Source: an uncultured Candidatus Saccharibacteria bacterium (GTDB lineage: Bacteria > Patescibacteriota > Saccharimonadia > Saccharimonadales > Saccharimonadaceae). Taken from it: a stretch of DNA of 64,000 bases. The DNA lies in assembly GCA_946530965.1 (NCBI GenBank), contig CAMNAK010000003.1, positions 8,312 to 72,311 on the forward strand. Direction: 5' to 3'. The position numbers were made by a program, and so were the translations under genes. The notes beneath the pieces are model-generated. The model was given only the letters and a program-made list of their open reading frames with translations. It ran no database searches and was not told where the DNA came from. Positions 8,003 through 16,639 of the stretch are shown in pieces; within the stretch, counting starts at the first letter, position 1; each line of letters begins with the position of its first letter.

Positions 8003-8520
8003 GAGAAATCGCGGAAAGATTGTGAAGCTTGCGGTCCCTCGAGGCCGTTATATTTTCCGTCATACAATTTGTCGATATTGCCATACGGAACCCAAAAAGT
8101 CACCTGACCGATCGGCATGCCAGGGTAGATTTTTACTGGCTGCGTGGCGTTCAACATGAGGGTGTATTGGTTGATTGAGCCGATATCTATCAAATCAGCA
8201 GTAATATGGACAAACAATCCGAGCCTTCCTGTCGAAGATTTACCACGAATAATCGGGACGTATTCTTTTGAGCCGATACGTTCCAGAGTCGAACCAAGAT
8301 AAATCTTGCCTGGCTCCAAAACTATGCCGTCTTCTGGGATTTGAATCTCTTCGGTCTCATTGTCTTGGCGCGCATCCAAGGTGCGGTTTTTGTAACAGAG
8401 CAGGGTGTTTCCAAGATGAAAATCATAAGAATCGGTCGTAATGGAATCTGGATCAAAAGGCTCGATTACAATAATCCCATCTTTGTGACATTCGGCAATT
8501 TTGCTACCTGTCAAAATCAT
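7999..8520 (-). CDS. dCTP deaminase/dUTPase-fold protein, paralogue lacking the catalytic Glu
   Basis: GKSSTGRLGLFVH nucleotide-binding motif. The position aligned to the catalytic Glu reads YTLMLN, where the neighbouring paralogue has WTLEIR. A 4-nt overlap links it to the upstream gene. Confidence 0.75.
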   Translation of the reverse strand: MILTGSKIAECHKDGIIVIEPFDPDSITTDSYDFHLGNTLLCYKNRTLDARQDNETEEIQIPEDGIVLEPGKIYLGSTLERIGSKEYVPIIRGKSSTGRLGLFVHITADLIDIGSINQYTLMLNATQPVKIYPGMPIGQVTFWVPYGNIDKLYDGKYNGLEGPQASQSFRDFS

Positions 8521-9044
8521 GCTTTTCCTCCTGTAACTATGGCTTTGTTTTGATGTGGTGTATTGAAGCGAGTGTATCCTGCGGTATAGAGTTTGTCGAT
8601 ATCTCCGGCTGGCTTCCAGAAACTAACTTGCCCAATGCGCATACCGGCATAAACTCGCAGCGGTTGCACGACGCGAATTTCTAGTGTCCAACAATGTGCG
8701 CGGCCAAGCTGACCAAGGTCTGCCGTAATTTGTAGATACATTCCGAGCCTGCCGATCGAAGAGCGACCAATCAAACTCGTCACGAATTCTTCGCTCCCGA
8801 TCTTCTCGACCGTTGAACCAAGATATAGCTTATCTGGCTCCAAAATATAACCCTCTTCAGGGATAGTTACCTCTGTAAAATCCGCCTCTTGTCGCGGATC
8901 AATGATATCGTCCGTAACGATGCGTAGGGTTTTGCCGAGGCGATAGTTGTAGCTATTTGGATTCAATAAATTCTCAGTAAAGGGCTCAATTATTATCGAG
9001 CCCTTTTTGACCTGTTTCTGGATTTCCGAACCAGTCAGAATCAT
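8517..9044 (-). CDS. dcd: dCTP deaminase (Dcd family, catalytic Glu retained)
   Basis: MILTGSEI N-terminus, GRSSIGRLG motif, then WTLEIRVVQPLRVYAGMRIGQVSFW. Confidence 0.8.
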   Translation of the reverse strand: MILTGSEIQKQVKKGSIIIEPFTENLLNPNSYNYRLGKTLRIVTDDIIDPRQEADFTEVTIPEEGYILEPDKLYLGSTVEKIGSEEFVTSLIGRSSIGRLGMYLQITADLGQLGRAHCWTLEIRVVQPLRVYAGMRIGQVSFWKPAGDIDKLYTAGYTRFNTPHQNKAIVTGGKA

Positions 9045-9871
9045 TAGAATAATTCCGTATATCTTCCAGGGTAGATTCTGGAATCTTTTTTATGAACCAA
9101 TACGTTGTATCTCTGGTATGGACGGAGCTCATTAGACATCTGTTTAATCTCGAGTAGTCTATCGTGCATGACCTTGAGGGCTTCTTTGGAGTAGCCTGGA
9201 TTTTCCTTGTCGAACTTCTGAATCGAGGAGACAGTATAGTGTTCTAGCTCCTCGTCGGTTTCCATCTCGATAGTATTCCTATCTTCGTAGAGAAGAGTGA
9301 GGCCTTTGTAGACCTTCATCACCTCTTTGTAGTCTTGCTGGGTGACGGTCATATTAAAAATCTTCTTAGCCTTCTCGACGAGCGTCTTTGGAATCTTTTT
9401 CTCGACATAAAACTCGCAGCTAAGAAGTAGTCCATCATCTTCTAGTAAGTCATTTGTAATATGGTCGAGTGCTTTTTGTGGATCGCTGAAAAAACGGAGA
9501 GCTGCACCGACTAAAGCGTGGGTGTATTTCTCTCCGTTCGAGTAAGTATGTCCATCTGCGACAAGATATTTCAGGTTTGCCTCAGGCGCATACAGTTTGT
9601 GATTGTTTTCTGCGGCTTCGACAGATTTCTTAGAAATATCAATACCGGTTGCAGAACAACCGGTATTAAGAGCTAATTCACGAGAGGAAAAACCAGTCGT
9701 GCAAGCGATTTCAAGAAGTTTTGATTCTTTTGTGATGTTGCCGAAGACGCGCCATTTGTTAAGCGTCACGAAAGCCCCAGGAGGCACGTTCCACTGATTA
9801 ACAAAGCCAACGAAATCGGTGTAACTCATGTTCTTGATTTCGTCTACACTATAGAGTTCTTTGTTTCTCAT
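9044..9871 (-). CDS. Class I SAM-dependent methyltransferase
   Basis: Motif I-like LLEIACTTGFSS followed by an acidic residue at the end of beta2 (GIDIS). RBS AAGGA lies 6 nt upstream. The start overlaps the upstream gene by 23 nt. Confidence 0.7.
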   Translation of the reverse strand: MRNKELYSVDEIKNMSYTDFVGFVNQWNVPPGAFVTLNKWRVFGNITKESKLLEIACTTGFSSRELALNTGCSATGIDISKKSVEAAENNHKLYAPEANLKYLVADGHTYSNGEKYTHALVGAALRFFSDPQKALDHITNDLLEDDGLLLSCEFYVEKKIPKTLVEKAKKIFNMTVTQQDYKEVMKVYKGLTLLYEDRNTIEMETDEELEHYTVSSIQKFDKENPGYSKEALKVMHDRLLEIKQMSNELRPYQRYNVLVHKKDSRIYPGRYTELF

Positions 9872-10934
9872 GTCGTATCCTTGAAATTAAGTTCCTATCT
9901 AATTTTACAGCCTTTAATAATTTTTTGTCATCTAAGTCGCTTTCGGGCGGCAAAGACAAAAGATAATTAATTCTGCCAAGATAGAAAGAAATGCGATCAA
10001 GGATAGGGTAGTGGTTTCCGGCTTCTTTAAGGACGTCTATGGCGAGGCTAATAGCTTCCGAATACGAAAGCTCATTCACGACAAGTGCCTGGTAGGCAAA
10101 GCCACAACAATAGCTGCCCGCCATCTCGTTGACTCCGCCTTTACCCGGGGTAATCTTGTAAGCTGCAAAGTGACGCAGCGTCAGAATCGCATCGAGCATT
10201 TTGTGAGCCTTATTGTTGCCGTTGCTAAGCGTCAATGCTTCTGTTGGCAAATCTGCGAACTGAATCGGGCAATCTTCCGAGAGAATTGCGGTAAGCAATG
10301 TCTCGAGCCCAAAGCCCCATTCTACGGCTATCGGATAGTTGTTTCTTGAAATCTGAATTACGTTTCCGATATCGTATGGTTCTCCGGTGTCCTTGTTTCT
10401 GATAGCGAGCGTGAGCCCGAGGCCAGACAAATCTTCCTCCCCGTAAGTCCAACGGTAGTAGGAGGTTGTCTCGGTCTCGAGTAATATCTCGCGATCAGAT
10501 TCGAAAAGCTCCATCAGGTAACGATTTGCCTTGATGCAAATGCGCTCTTCAGCTACGCCAATCTCTTTAAGGAAAATTATAGCTGCATCAAGCATCTGCT
10601 GGAAATAATCTGCCGGAGCAATAGCACCTTCGGTTCTAAAACAGGAGCAAAAGCGCATGGCTTCGTCTGTGTAGAACAGGTGCATATTCTGCAAGCGGAT
10701 GCAGTTTTGCGGATTTGCAAAGTAGCCTAAGTCGTCAAGCTTTTCTTTCCACTGGTTAATCTGGGCGCCAACGAAATAAACCGTCGGGTCCGTCGATGGA
10801 TAGCTTGGCACTTCGTCTAAAATCGTAAAACCGCGACTTCTGAAACCGTCGAGAAAGACTTTTTCGATATAGTCTTTTACCTCGGCGATTAAGGCGCGCC
10901 ATCGGATGAATTCGAGTATAGCAATCTTGTTCAT
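9849..10934 (-). CDS. Stand-alone alanyl-tRNA-synthetase-like catalytic core (class II aaRS fold), 361 aa
   Basis: [44 protein letters not shown] and [11 protein letters not shown] align with the AlaRS N-terminal motifs FLDFF.SKGH...[23 protein letters not shown] and VDTGMGLER as I recall them. The tRNA-recognition, editing and C-Ala domains are absent. Confidence 0.6.
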   Translation of the reverse strand: [361 protein letters not shown]

Positions 10935-10946
10935 GTTATCCCCCCC

Positions 10947-11735
10947 CTAACTAAAGTTGATTGCTGTGTGAAACATCTCCCAATAATTCTTGTCAAAAAC
11001 AGTATCTGTCTCTGAAGGACGAATCGCAAGATGAAGTAAAACATTCTTGTGGTTCGGCGTAGCCCCGAGGCGTTTTCTTGCTGCCGGAGGCAAATCCTTG
11101 AAGCTTGTTACGCTCAAAATCTTGAGCTCTTCGAGATACTTAGCATCTTTGCCGAGCATTTTGATTACGTCCTGCAGGATTGCGTCTTGCTGATAGTCTT
11201 TCGGTACAAGATAAGAGAAATCTCTCGAGATTCGCTTCTGTTGTGCTACGGGTGTAAATTCGAGCAAATCATACATCTGACAAGCAATCTCTGGCTCGTT
11301 CGAAAACAGGTACGATATATGCGGAATCTTTTTGTAGGCAGCAAGCATAGAATCCAGTTTGACTGTGATAAGTTTCTCGCTAATGCAAACAAACTTATCT
11401 ACTGCTTCGCTATCGTCAGGAAATGCCTGATTGATCAAGCGATATAGTCTACCGCCAACGCTAGGATCAAGCGGAAGGTCTAACAGGATGTTATAAAGAC
11501 CTTTCTCTCGATCGACTCCGTCAAGACTAAGCGTGGTTCTTGAATCTAGGGATGATGTGTTGGTGTAGTTAACGATTTCTGTTGCCAGGATAGCTAAAGC
11601 GTGGCGCTCGTTAAAGAGCTCTCTGCCATTGTCTAGCTTCTTGGCATCGTACATGGCACCCCAAAGGATAGGGGTATCTCCGTCATAATAAGACAGCAAA
11701 ACAATCACGACCTTTCTTGAAATATCAATGTGCAA
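10947..11735 (-). CDS. Hypothetical protein, first gene of the five-gene operon
   Basis: ORF of 262 codons from a TTG. The start is uncertain (no good SD; alternative ATG at M28). It lies 12 nt upstream of the AlaRS-like gene. No recognisable motif. Confidence 0.45.
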   Translation of the reverse strand: MHIDISRKVVIVLLSYYDGDTPILWGAMYDAKKLDNGRELFNERHALAILATEIVNYTNTSSLDSRTTLSLDGVDREKGLYNILLDLPLDPSVGGRLYRLINQAFPDDSEAVDKFVCISEKLITVKLDSMLAAYKKIPHISYLFSNEPEIACQMYDLLEFTPVAQQKRISRDFSYLVPKDYQQDAILQDVIKMLGKDAKYLEELKILSVTSFKDLPPAARKRLGATPNHKNVLLHLAIRPSETDTVFDKNYWEMFHTAINFS

Positions 11736-11799
11736 AGTTGCAAAAACTTTGAATTATTATACTACTATATTTTTTACCTTAAATAAAGCGGTGAGTTGT

Positions 11800-11829
11800 T
11801 TGAAACATATAAGTAAATAATGGTATGAT
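11800..11829 (+). promoter_or_regulatory. serS promoter
   Basis: TTGAAA-18 nt-TATGAT with a TGg extension. The ATG lies 9 nt downstream of the -10. Confidence 0.6.
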
Positions 11830-11838
11830 AAAGGTATC

Positions 11839-13146
11839 ATGCTAGATATAAATTATATCCGGGCGAATCGTGGCAAGGTGGAGGATGCCATTCGCAATAA
11901 AGGCTACGAGGGCGAAATTAACCTCGAAGAGATTTTGAAGCTTGACGATGAGCGCAAAGAGCTCTCGGTCAAGATTGATGGCCTAAGGCGCGAACGCAAC
12001 ACCATCGCTGCTCAGATGAAAAATGGCAAGCCCGATGCTGCTCTTATTGAGCAGGGCAAGGCGCTCAAAAAGCAACTCGCCGAAGTTGAACCAAAATTAG
12101 CCGAAGTCGAAGAATCATTTATTAGCAAGCTAAAGACTGTTCCGAATATTCCAGAAGATGATGTTCCTGTAGGTCTATCAGAGGACGAAAACGTCGTTGC
12201 TGAAGTTTGTGGTGAACCAACAAAGTTTAGCTTTGAGCCACGCACTCACTATGATTTGGCGCAGAAACGCGGTTGGCTAGACAAGGAACGTGCTGCAAAG
12301 GTTACGGGTTCTCGTTTCGCATACATCAAGGGCGACATGGTAAAGCTCCAGATGGCAATCGTAAACTTTGTCATGAACTCTCTAAGTGACGAAAATGTCA
12401 TCAAAGAAATCATTGAAAAGAACAATCTCGAAGGTATCTCAACTAAGCCATTTACTCTTGTTTTGCCTCCACTAATGCTTCGTACGGATATGTATGATGC
12501 TATGGATCGCCTCGAGCCACGCGAAGATCGCTACAAGATCGAAGGTCAGGAACTCTGGCTACAAGGTAGCGCTGAGCATGTTCTTGGTTCTATGCACCAG
12601 GGCGAAATCTTTGACGAAAAAGAACTTCCAATCCGCTATCTAGGTTACGCAACAAGCTTCCGTGAAGAGGCTGGCACCTATGGCAAAGATATGGAAGGCA
12701 TTATTCGTATGCATCAGTTCGATAAGCTCGAAATGGAGAGCTTCTCTACGAAAGAAACCAGCCGCAAAGAGCACGAACTCTTTGTTGCCATTCAGCGCTG
12801 GCTAGTCGAACAGCTTGAGCTTCCATATCGTGTCATTCAGAAGTGTACCTACGACATCGGTAAACCGGATGCTCGTGGTATCGATATCGAGGTTTGGATG
12901 CCAGGCCAGAACAAGTATCGCGAAACGCATACCGCGGACTACATGACAGATTATCAGTCTCGCCGTTTGGCTACTCGTGTCCGCCGTGCAGATGGCGAAG
13001 TTGAGCTAGTTCACACCAATGACGCTACAGCATTCGCTCTTGGTCGCGCGATGGTTGCAGTTATCGAGAATTATCAGAACGAAGACTATTCGGTAACTGT
13101 TCCGGAAGTTCTACGCAAATATTTAGACGGAAAGGAGAAACTCTAA
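11839..13146 (+). CDS. serS: Seryl-tRNA synthetase
   Basis: N-terminal coiled-coil arm (MLDINYIRAN...) and class II motifs (FREEAGTYGKD, TNDATAFALGRAMVAVIEN). Confidence 0.95.
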   Translation: MLDINYIRANRGKVEDAIRNKGYEGEINLEEILKLDDERKELSVKIDGLRRERNTIAAQMKNGKPDAALIEQGKALKKQLAEVEPKLAEVEESFISKLKTVPNIPEDDVPVGLSEDENVVAEVCGEPTKFSFEPRTHYDLAQKRGWLDKERAAKVTGSRFAYIKGDMVKLQMAIVNFVMNSLSDENVIKEIIEKNNLEGISTKPFTLVLPPLMLRTDMYDAMDRLEPREDRYKIEGQELWLQGSAEHVLGSMHQGEIFDEKELPIRYLGYATSFREEAGTYGKDMEGIIRMHQFDKLEMESFSTKETSRKEHELFVAIQRWLVEQLELPYRVIQKCTYDIGKPDARGIDIEVWMPGQNKYRETHTADYMTDYQSRRLATRVRRADGEVELVHTNDATAFALGRAMVAVIENYQNEDYSVTVPEVLRKYLDGKEKL

Positions 13147-13503
13147 ATGATTGAAAATATTGAAGTTACTGGTTCGAACTACAAAGTCGAAGCTGGTCTA
13201 ACTAAGTATGTCGAAAAGCGTATTGGTAAGCTAGATCGCCATCTACCTCGCCAGAACCGCAAAGACGTAGTTGTAAAGATTGTTGTTACTCAGGTAAACC
13301 GCGAGCACGGCAACAAGTATGAGATCTCCGCATCTCTAGATATTCCTGGTGGCAAGGTTATCGCTGCAAAGGACGAAGCATCTAACGTATTCGCTGGCAT
13401 TGATCTTCTAGAAGCAAAGCTTGATGGTCAGATTCGCCGTTTCAAGACAGAAAAGACTAACCACGACAAGAAAGGAATCTTCGGTCGCTTGCTCAAGAAA
13501 TAA
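13147..13503 (+). CDS. hpf: Ribosome hibernation promoting factor (HPF/RaiA, short form)
   Basis: MIENIEVTGSNYKV...LTKYVEKRIGKLDRH pattern of the sigma54-modulation/S30EA family. Starts 1 nt after the serS stop. Confidence 0.8.
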   Translation: MIENIEVTGSNYKVEAGLTKYVEKRIGKLDRHLPRQNRKDVVVKIVVTQVNREHGNKYEISASLDIPGGKVIAAKDEASNVFAGIDLLEAKLDGQIRRFKTEKTNHDKKGIFGRLLKK

Positions 13504-13517
13504 TTTTAGTGGCGGCA

Positions 13518-13526
13518 TGATATACT
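13518..13526 (+). promoter_or_regulatory. Extended -10 (TGaTATACT) 6 nt upstream of the secA ATG
   Basis: cATGaTATACT-attaca-ATG with no SD. Confidence 0.45.
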
Positions 13527-13532
13527 ATTACA

Positions 13533-16502
13533 ATGGAAAAGAAGAGGTCAGAGCAACAAAGGGTGGCAGAAGTAGCAGAAAAAGCAGCAAAACAGTCTAA
13601 GAACACAAAAAATATCAAAAACGCTACTAAAACAAGCAAAAAAGCACGCAAAGAAAAGAAGCCTACGGATAAGCTAGCAGATAAGTCTGGTCTAACTATC
13701 TTTTTGCAGCATATTTTTGGTGATGCGCAGAAGAAAACTTTGCGCCGCATGGGCAAGCGCGTTGTCGCTATCAATGGCCTAGCAGACAAATATGCCAAGA
13801 TGTCTGACGAAGAACTTCAGAAGCAAACCGAGGTTCTTAGGAAGCGCATTCGCAAGATCTTGAAAGAAGACGAAGCGAAAAGCGCTCTTGCAAAGGCAAA
13901 GGCCGAGAAAGAATCTGTCAAAGAAGATTCCAAGTCCAGGAAAGACAAGAAGTCTAAAAAGGATAAGAAGACTAAAGAAATCGACCGCAGCGATAAGAAC
14001 TACGACGCAAAGGCTCTCGATGCTGTTCTAGAAGATGCATTCGCACTCGTTCGCGAGGCTAGCGATCGTGTTCTTGGCATGCGTCCATTCGATGTTCAGC
14101 TCATCGGTGGTATCGCCCTTCATGAAGGCAACGTTGCCGAGATGAAGACTGGTGAAGGTAAGACTCTTGTTGCTGTTGCGCCTGCATATCTTAACGCTTT
14201 GACTGGTCGTGGTGTTCATGTTGTTACGGTAAACGATTACCTAGCACAGCGTGACGCCGGCTGGAACGGTGAGCTCTATCACTTCTTGGGTCTTTCTACG
14301 GGTTGTATTATTAACGAAGCTAGCTTCATGTATGATCCTGAATACGAGAACGATGATCATGACGATCCTCGCATGAAGCACCTCAAGCCATGTACTCGTA
14401 AGGAAGCTTATAACTGTGATGTTACCTATGGTACAAACAACGAGTTTGGTTTCGATTATCTTCGCGATAACATGGTCAAGGATGCAAACTATCTACGTCA
14501 GCGCGAACTTAACTTCGCAATCGTAGATGAGGTCGACTCTATCTTGATCGATGAAGCTCGCACGCCTCTTATCATTTCTGCTCCAGCTGCAGATAACCCA
14601 GAGAGCTACTATCAGTTCGCAAAGGTTTGTGCTCAGCTATCAGACGAAGATTACATCGTTGACGAAAAACGCCGCACGGTTACTTTGACCGACGAAGGCG
14701 TTGACAAGGTCCAGAAGATCCTTGGTGTCGATACTCTTTACTCGACCGCAAATACCCGCCTTGTTTATCACCTAGAACAGGCTCTCCGTGCAGAAACTCT
14801 CTTTAAGCGTGATAAAGATTACGTTGTTACTAAGAGCGGTGAAGTTGTTATCGTTGATGAACATACTGGCCGTCTAATGAATGGTCGCCGCTATAACGAA
14901 GGTTTGCATCAGGCTATCGAGGCAAAGGAATCCGTTCAAGTTCGCCAGGAATCTATGACCCTTGCTACGATTTCCTTCCAGAACTTCTTCCGTTTGTATC
15001 GCAAGCTATCTGGTATGACCGGTACTGCCTTTACCGAAGCAGAAGAGTTCCAGCAGATTTACGCCCTCGACGTTGTCCAGATTCCACCGAACAAGCCAAT
15101 CATTCGTGTAGATAAGGACGATTTAATCTATCGCACGAGTGCTGCAAAGCTCAAGGCTATCGCAAAGGCTGTAAAACATTACCATGAGAAGGGTCAGCCA
15201 GTTCTAGTTGGTTCCGATTCTATCGAACACAACGAAAGAATTGCTGCTTACCTCGAAAAAGAAGGTATTCCATTCGAAATCTTGAACGCAAAGAACAACG
15301 AGCGTGAGGCTGCGATTGTTGCTAAGGCTGGCGAAAAGGGTGCTGTCACTCTAGCAACTAATATGGCAGGTCGTGGTACAGATATCAAGCTTGGTAAAGG
15401 CGTAAAGAAACTTGGCGGTCTTGTAGTTATTGGTACTGCTCGCCATGATTCCCGCCGTGTAGATAACCAGCTCCGTGGTCGTGGTGGCCGTCAGGGTGAT
15501 CCTGGTATTACTCAGTTCTTCGTATCTTGCGAAGACGACCTAATGCGTATCTTCCAGGGTGATCGTATCTCTATGCTTATGAAGCGCCTTGGTGTTGACG
15601 ATGACCAGCCAATCCGCAACTCTGCAGTAAGCAAGACTCTAGAACAGGCACAGAAACGTATCGAAGGTTTCAACTTTGATTCCCGCAAGAACGTCGTTCA
15701 GTACGATAACGTTATCTCTCGCCATCGTAAAGTTGTTTATACGATGCGCCGCCGTATTCTCGAAGGCGATAACATCCGCCCAGAGATTACTCGCTTGTAT
15801 AAAGATGAGATTGCTGAGCTTGTTCAGTTTAGCTCCCGTGTAAACAAAGATTTCGCAAAGAACTTCAAGGCTGTCTTTGATCTTGATGATGATCTAATTG
15901 ATACAATTGGTCGCATCCGCAAAGAGAAAGAACGTAACCGTCTAGCAACTATCGCTGTCGAAGAAATGTATCATGATAAAGAGCTAGAATTTGGTGAAGA
16001 CATCATGCGCAAGATCGAGCGTGAAGTTTATCTCCAGGTTCTCGATACTCTCTGGATGCAGCATCTTGAAAACATGCAGCACCTCCGCGAAGGTATCCAC
16101 TGGCGCTCTATCGGTCAGCGTGATCCGCTAGTAGAATATCGCTCCGAATCTCAGAGACTATTCGATGGCTTGCAGCGCAAGCTTCGCGAAGAAGTAATGC
16201 ATATCTTGCTAAGCATTCGCCGTCAGGAAGTTGCAGAAGTATCTGACGATAAGTATGATACCGAGCTTACTAAGATGTCTCAGAGCGCAACAGAGAAGGG
16301 CGTTAACGAAATCTCTGCTGGTCCAAAGAATATGGACGACGAGTTTAGTAAAGATGAACACGGTATTAGCACGAATGAAAACATTCATCGTGTCCACTCG
16401 GATAAGCCAACCGGCTCTAATACGCATCGCAATGCAGCTCGTAACGCAGCTCGCAAGAACAAGAAAAAAGCCCGCCAGAACAAAAAGAATGGCCGTCGCT
16501 AG
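13533..16502 (+). CDS. secA: Preprotein translocase ATPase SecA, with a Lys-rich N-terminal extension and an internal Lys-rich insert
   Basis: Canonical motifs are AEMKTGEGKT, DEVDSILIDEARTPLIIS and TNMAGRGTDIKLG. About 53 residues precede the usual ...IFG..QKKTLRR N-terminus. Confidence 0.95.
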   Translation: MEKKRSEQQRVAEVAEKAAKQSKNTKNIKNATKTSKKARKEKKPTDKLADKSGLTIFLQHIFGDAQKKTLRRMGKRVVAINGLADKYAKMSDEELQKQTEVLRKRIRKILKEDEAKSALAKAKAEKESVKEDSKSRKDKKSKKDKKTKEIDRSDKNYDAKALDAVLEDAFALVREASDRVLGMRPFDVQLIGGIALHEGNVAEMKTGEGKTLVAVAPAYLNALTGRGVHVVTVNDYLAQRDAGWNGELYHFLGLSTGCIINEASFMYDPEYENDDHDDPRMKHLKPCTRKEAYNCDVTYGTNNEFGFDYLRDNMVKDANYLRQRELNFAIVDEVDSILIDEARTPLIISAPAADNPESYYQFAKVCAQLSDEDYIVDEKRRTVTLTDEGVDKVQKILGVDTLYSTANTRLVYHLEQALRAETLFKRDKDYVVTKSGEVVIVDEHTGRLMNGRRYNEGLHQAIEAKESVQVRQESMTLATISFQNFFRLYRKLSGMTGTAFTEAEEFQQIYALDVVQIPPNKPIIRVDKDDLIYRTSAAKLKAIAKAVKHYHEKGQPVLVGSDSIEHNERIAAYLEKEGIPFEILNAKNNEREAAIVAKAGEKGAVTLATNMAGRGTDIKLGKGVKKLGGLVVIGTARHDSRRVDNQLRGRGGRQGDPGITQFFVSCEDDLMRIFQGDRISMLMKRLGVDDDQPIRNSAVSKTLEQAQKRIEGFNFDSRKNVVQYDNVISRHRKVVYTMRRRILEGDNIRPEITRLYKDEIAELVQFSSRVNKDFAKNFKAVFDLDDDLIDTIGRIRKEKERNRLATIAVEEMYHDKELEFGEDIMRKIEREVYLQVLDTLWMQHLENMQHLREGIHWRSIGQRDPLVEYRSESQRLFDGLQRKLREEVMHILLSIRRQEVAEVSDDKYDTELTKMSQSATEKGVNEISAGPKNMDDEFSKDEHGISTNENIHRVHSDKPTGSNTHRNAARNAARKNKKKARQNKKNGRR

Positions 16503-16513
16503 ATAAATAAAAA

Positions 16514-16536
16514 GACTCCGTTAAGGGGTCTTTTTT
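16514..16536 (+). terminator. Intrinsic terminator of secA
   Basis: GACTCC-gttaa-GGGGTC followed by TTTTTT. Confidence 0.75.
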
Positions 16537-16567
16537 AGGTTTCTTGAACCTTTATCTTTAACCTCCC

Positions 16568-16596
16568 TTGATAAAACCCACCTTAGTCTCTAAAAT
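16568..16596 (+). promoter_or_regulatory. Sigma70-type promoter
   Basis: TTGATA-17 nt-TAAAAT. Confidence 0.55.
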
Positions 16597-16639
16597 TAGA
16601 TAATAGGTATTTAAGTTGTATTACAGATATCGTCAGTAA

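Noticed and set aside
7999-9044. The tandem dCTP deaminases as a dCTP-depleting anti-phage defence module
   Set aside because: Both proteins are minimal ~175-aa Dcd folds without the extra N-terminal kinase-like or sensor domains of the described defensive deaminases. They are embedded in an operon with biosynthetic-type enzymes. This reading is not excluded, only unsupported.
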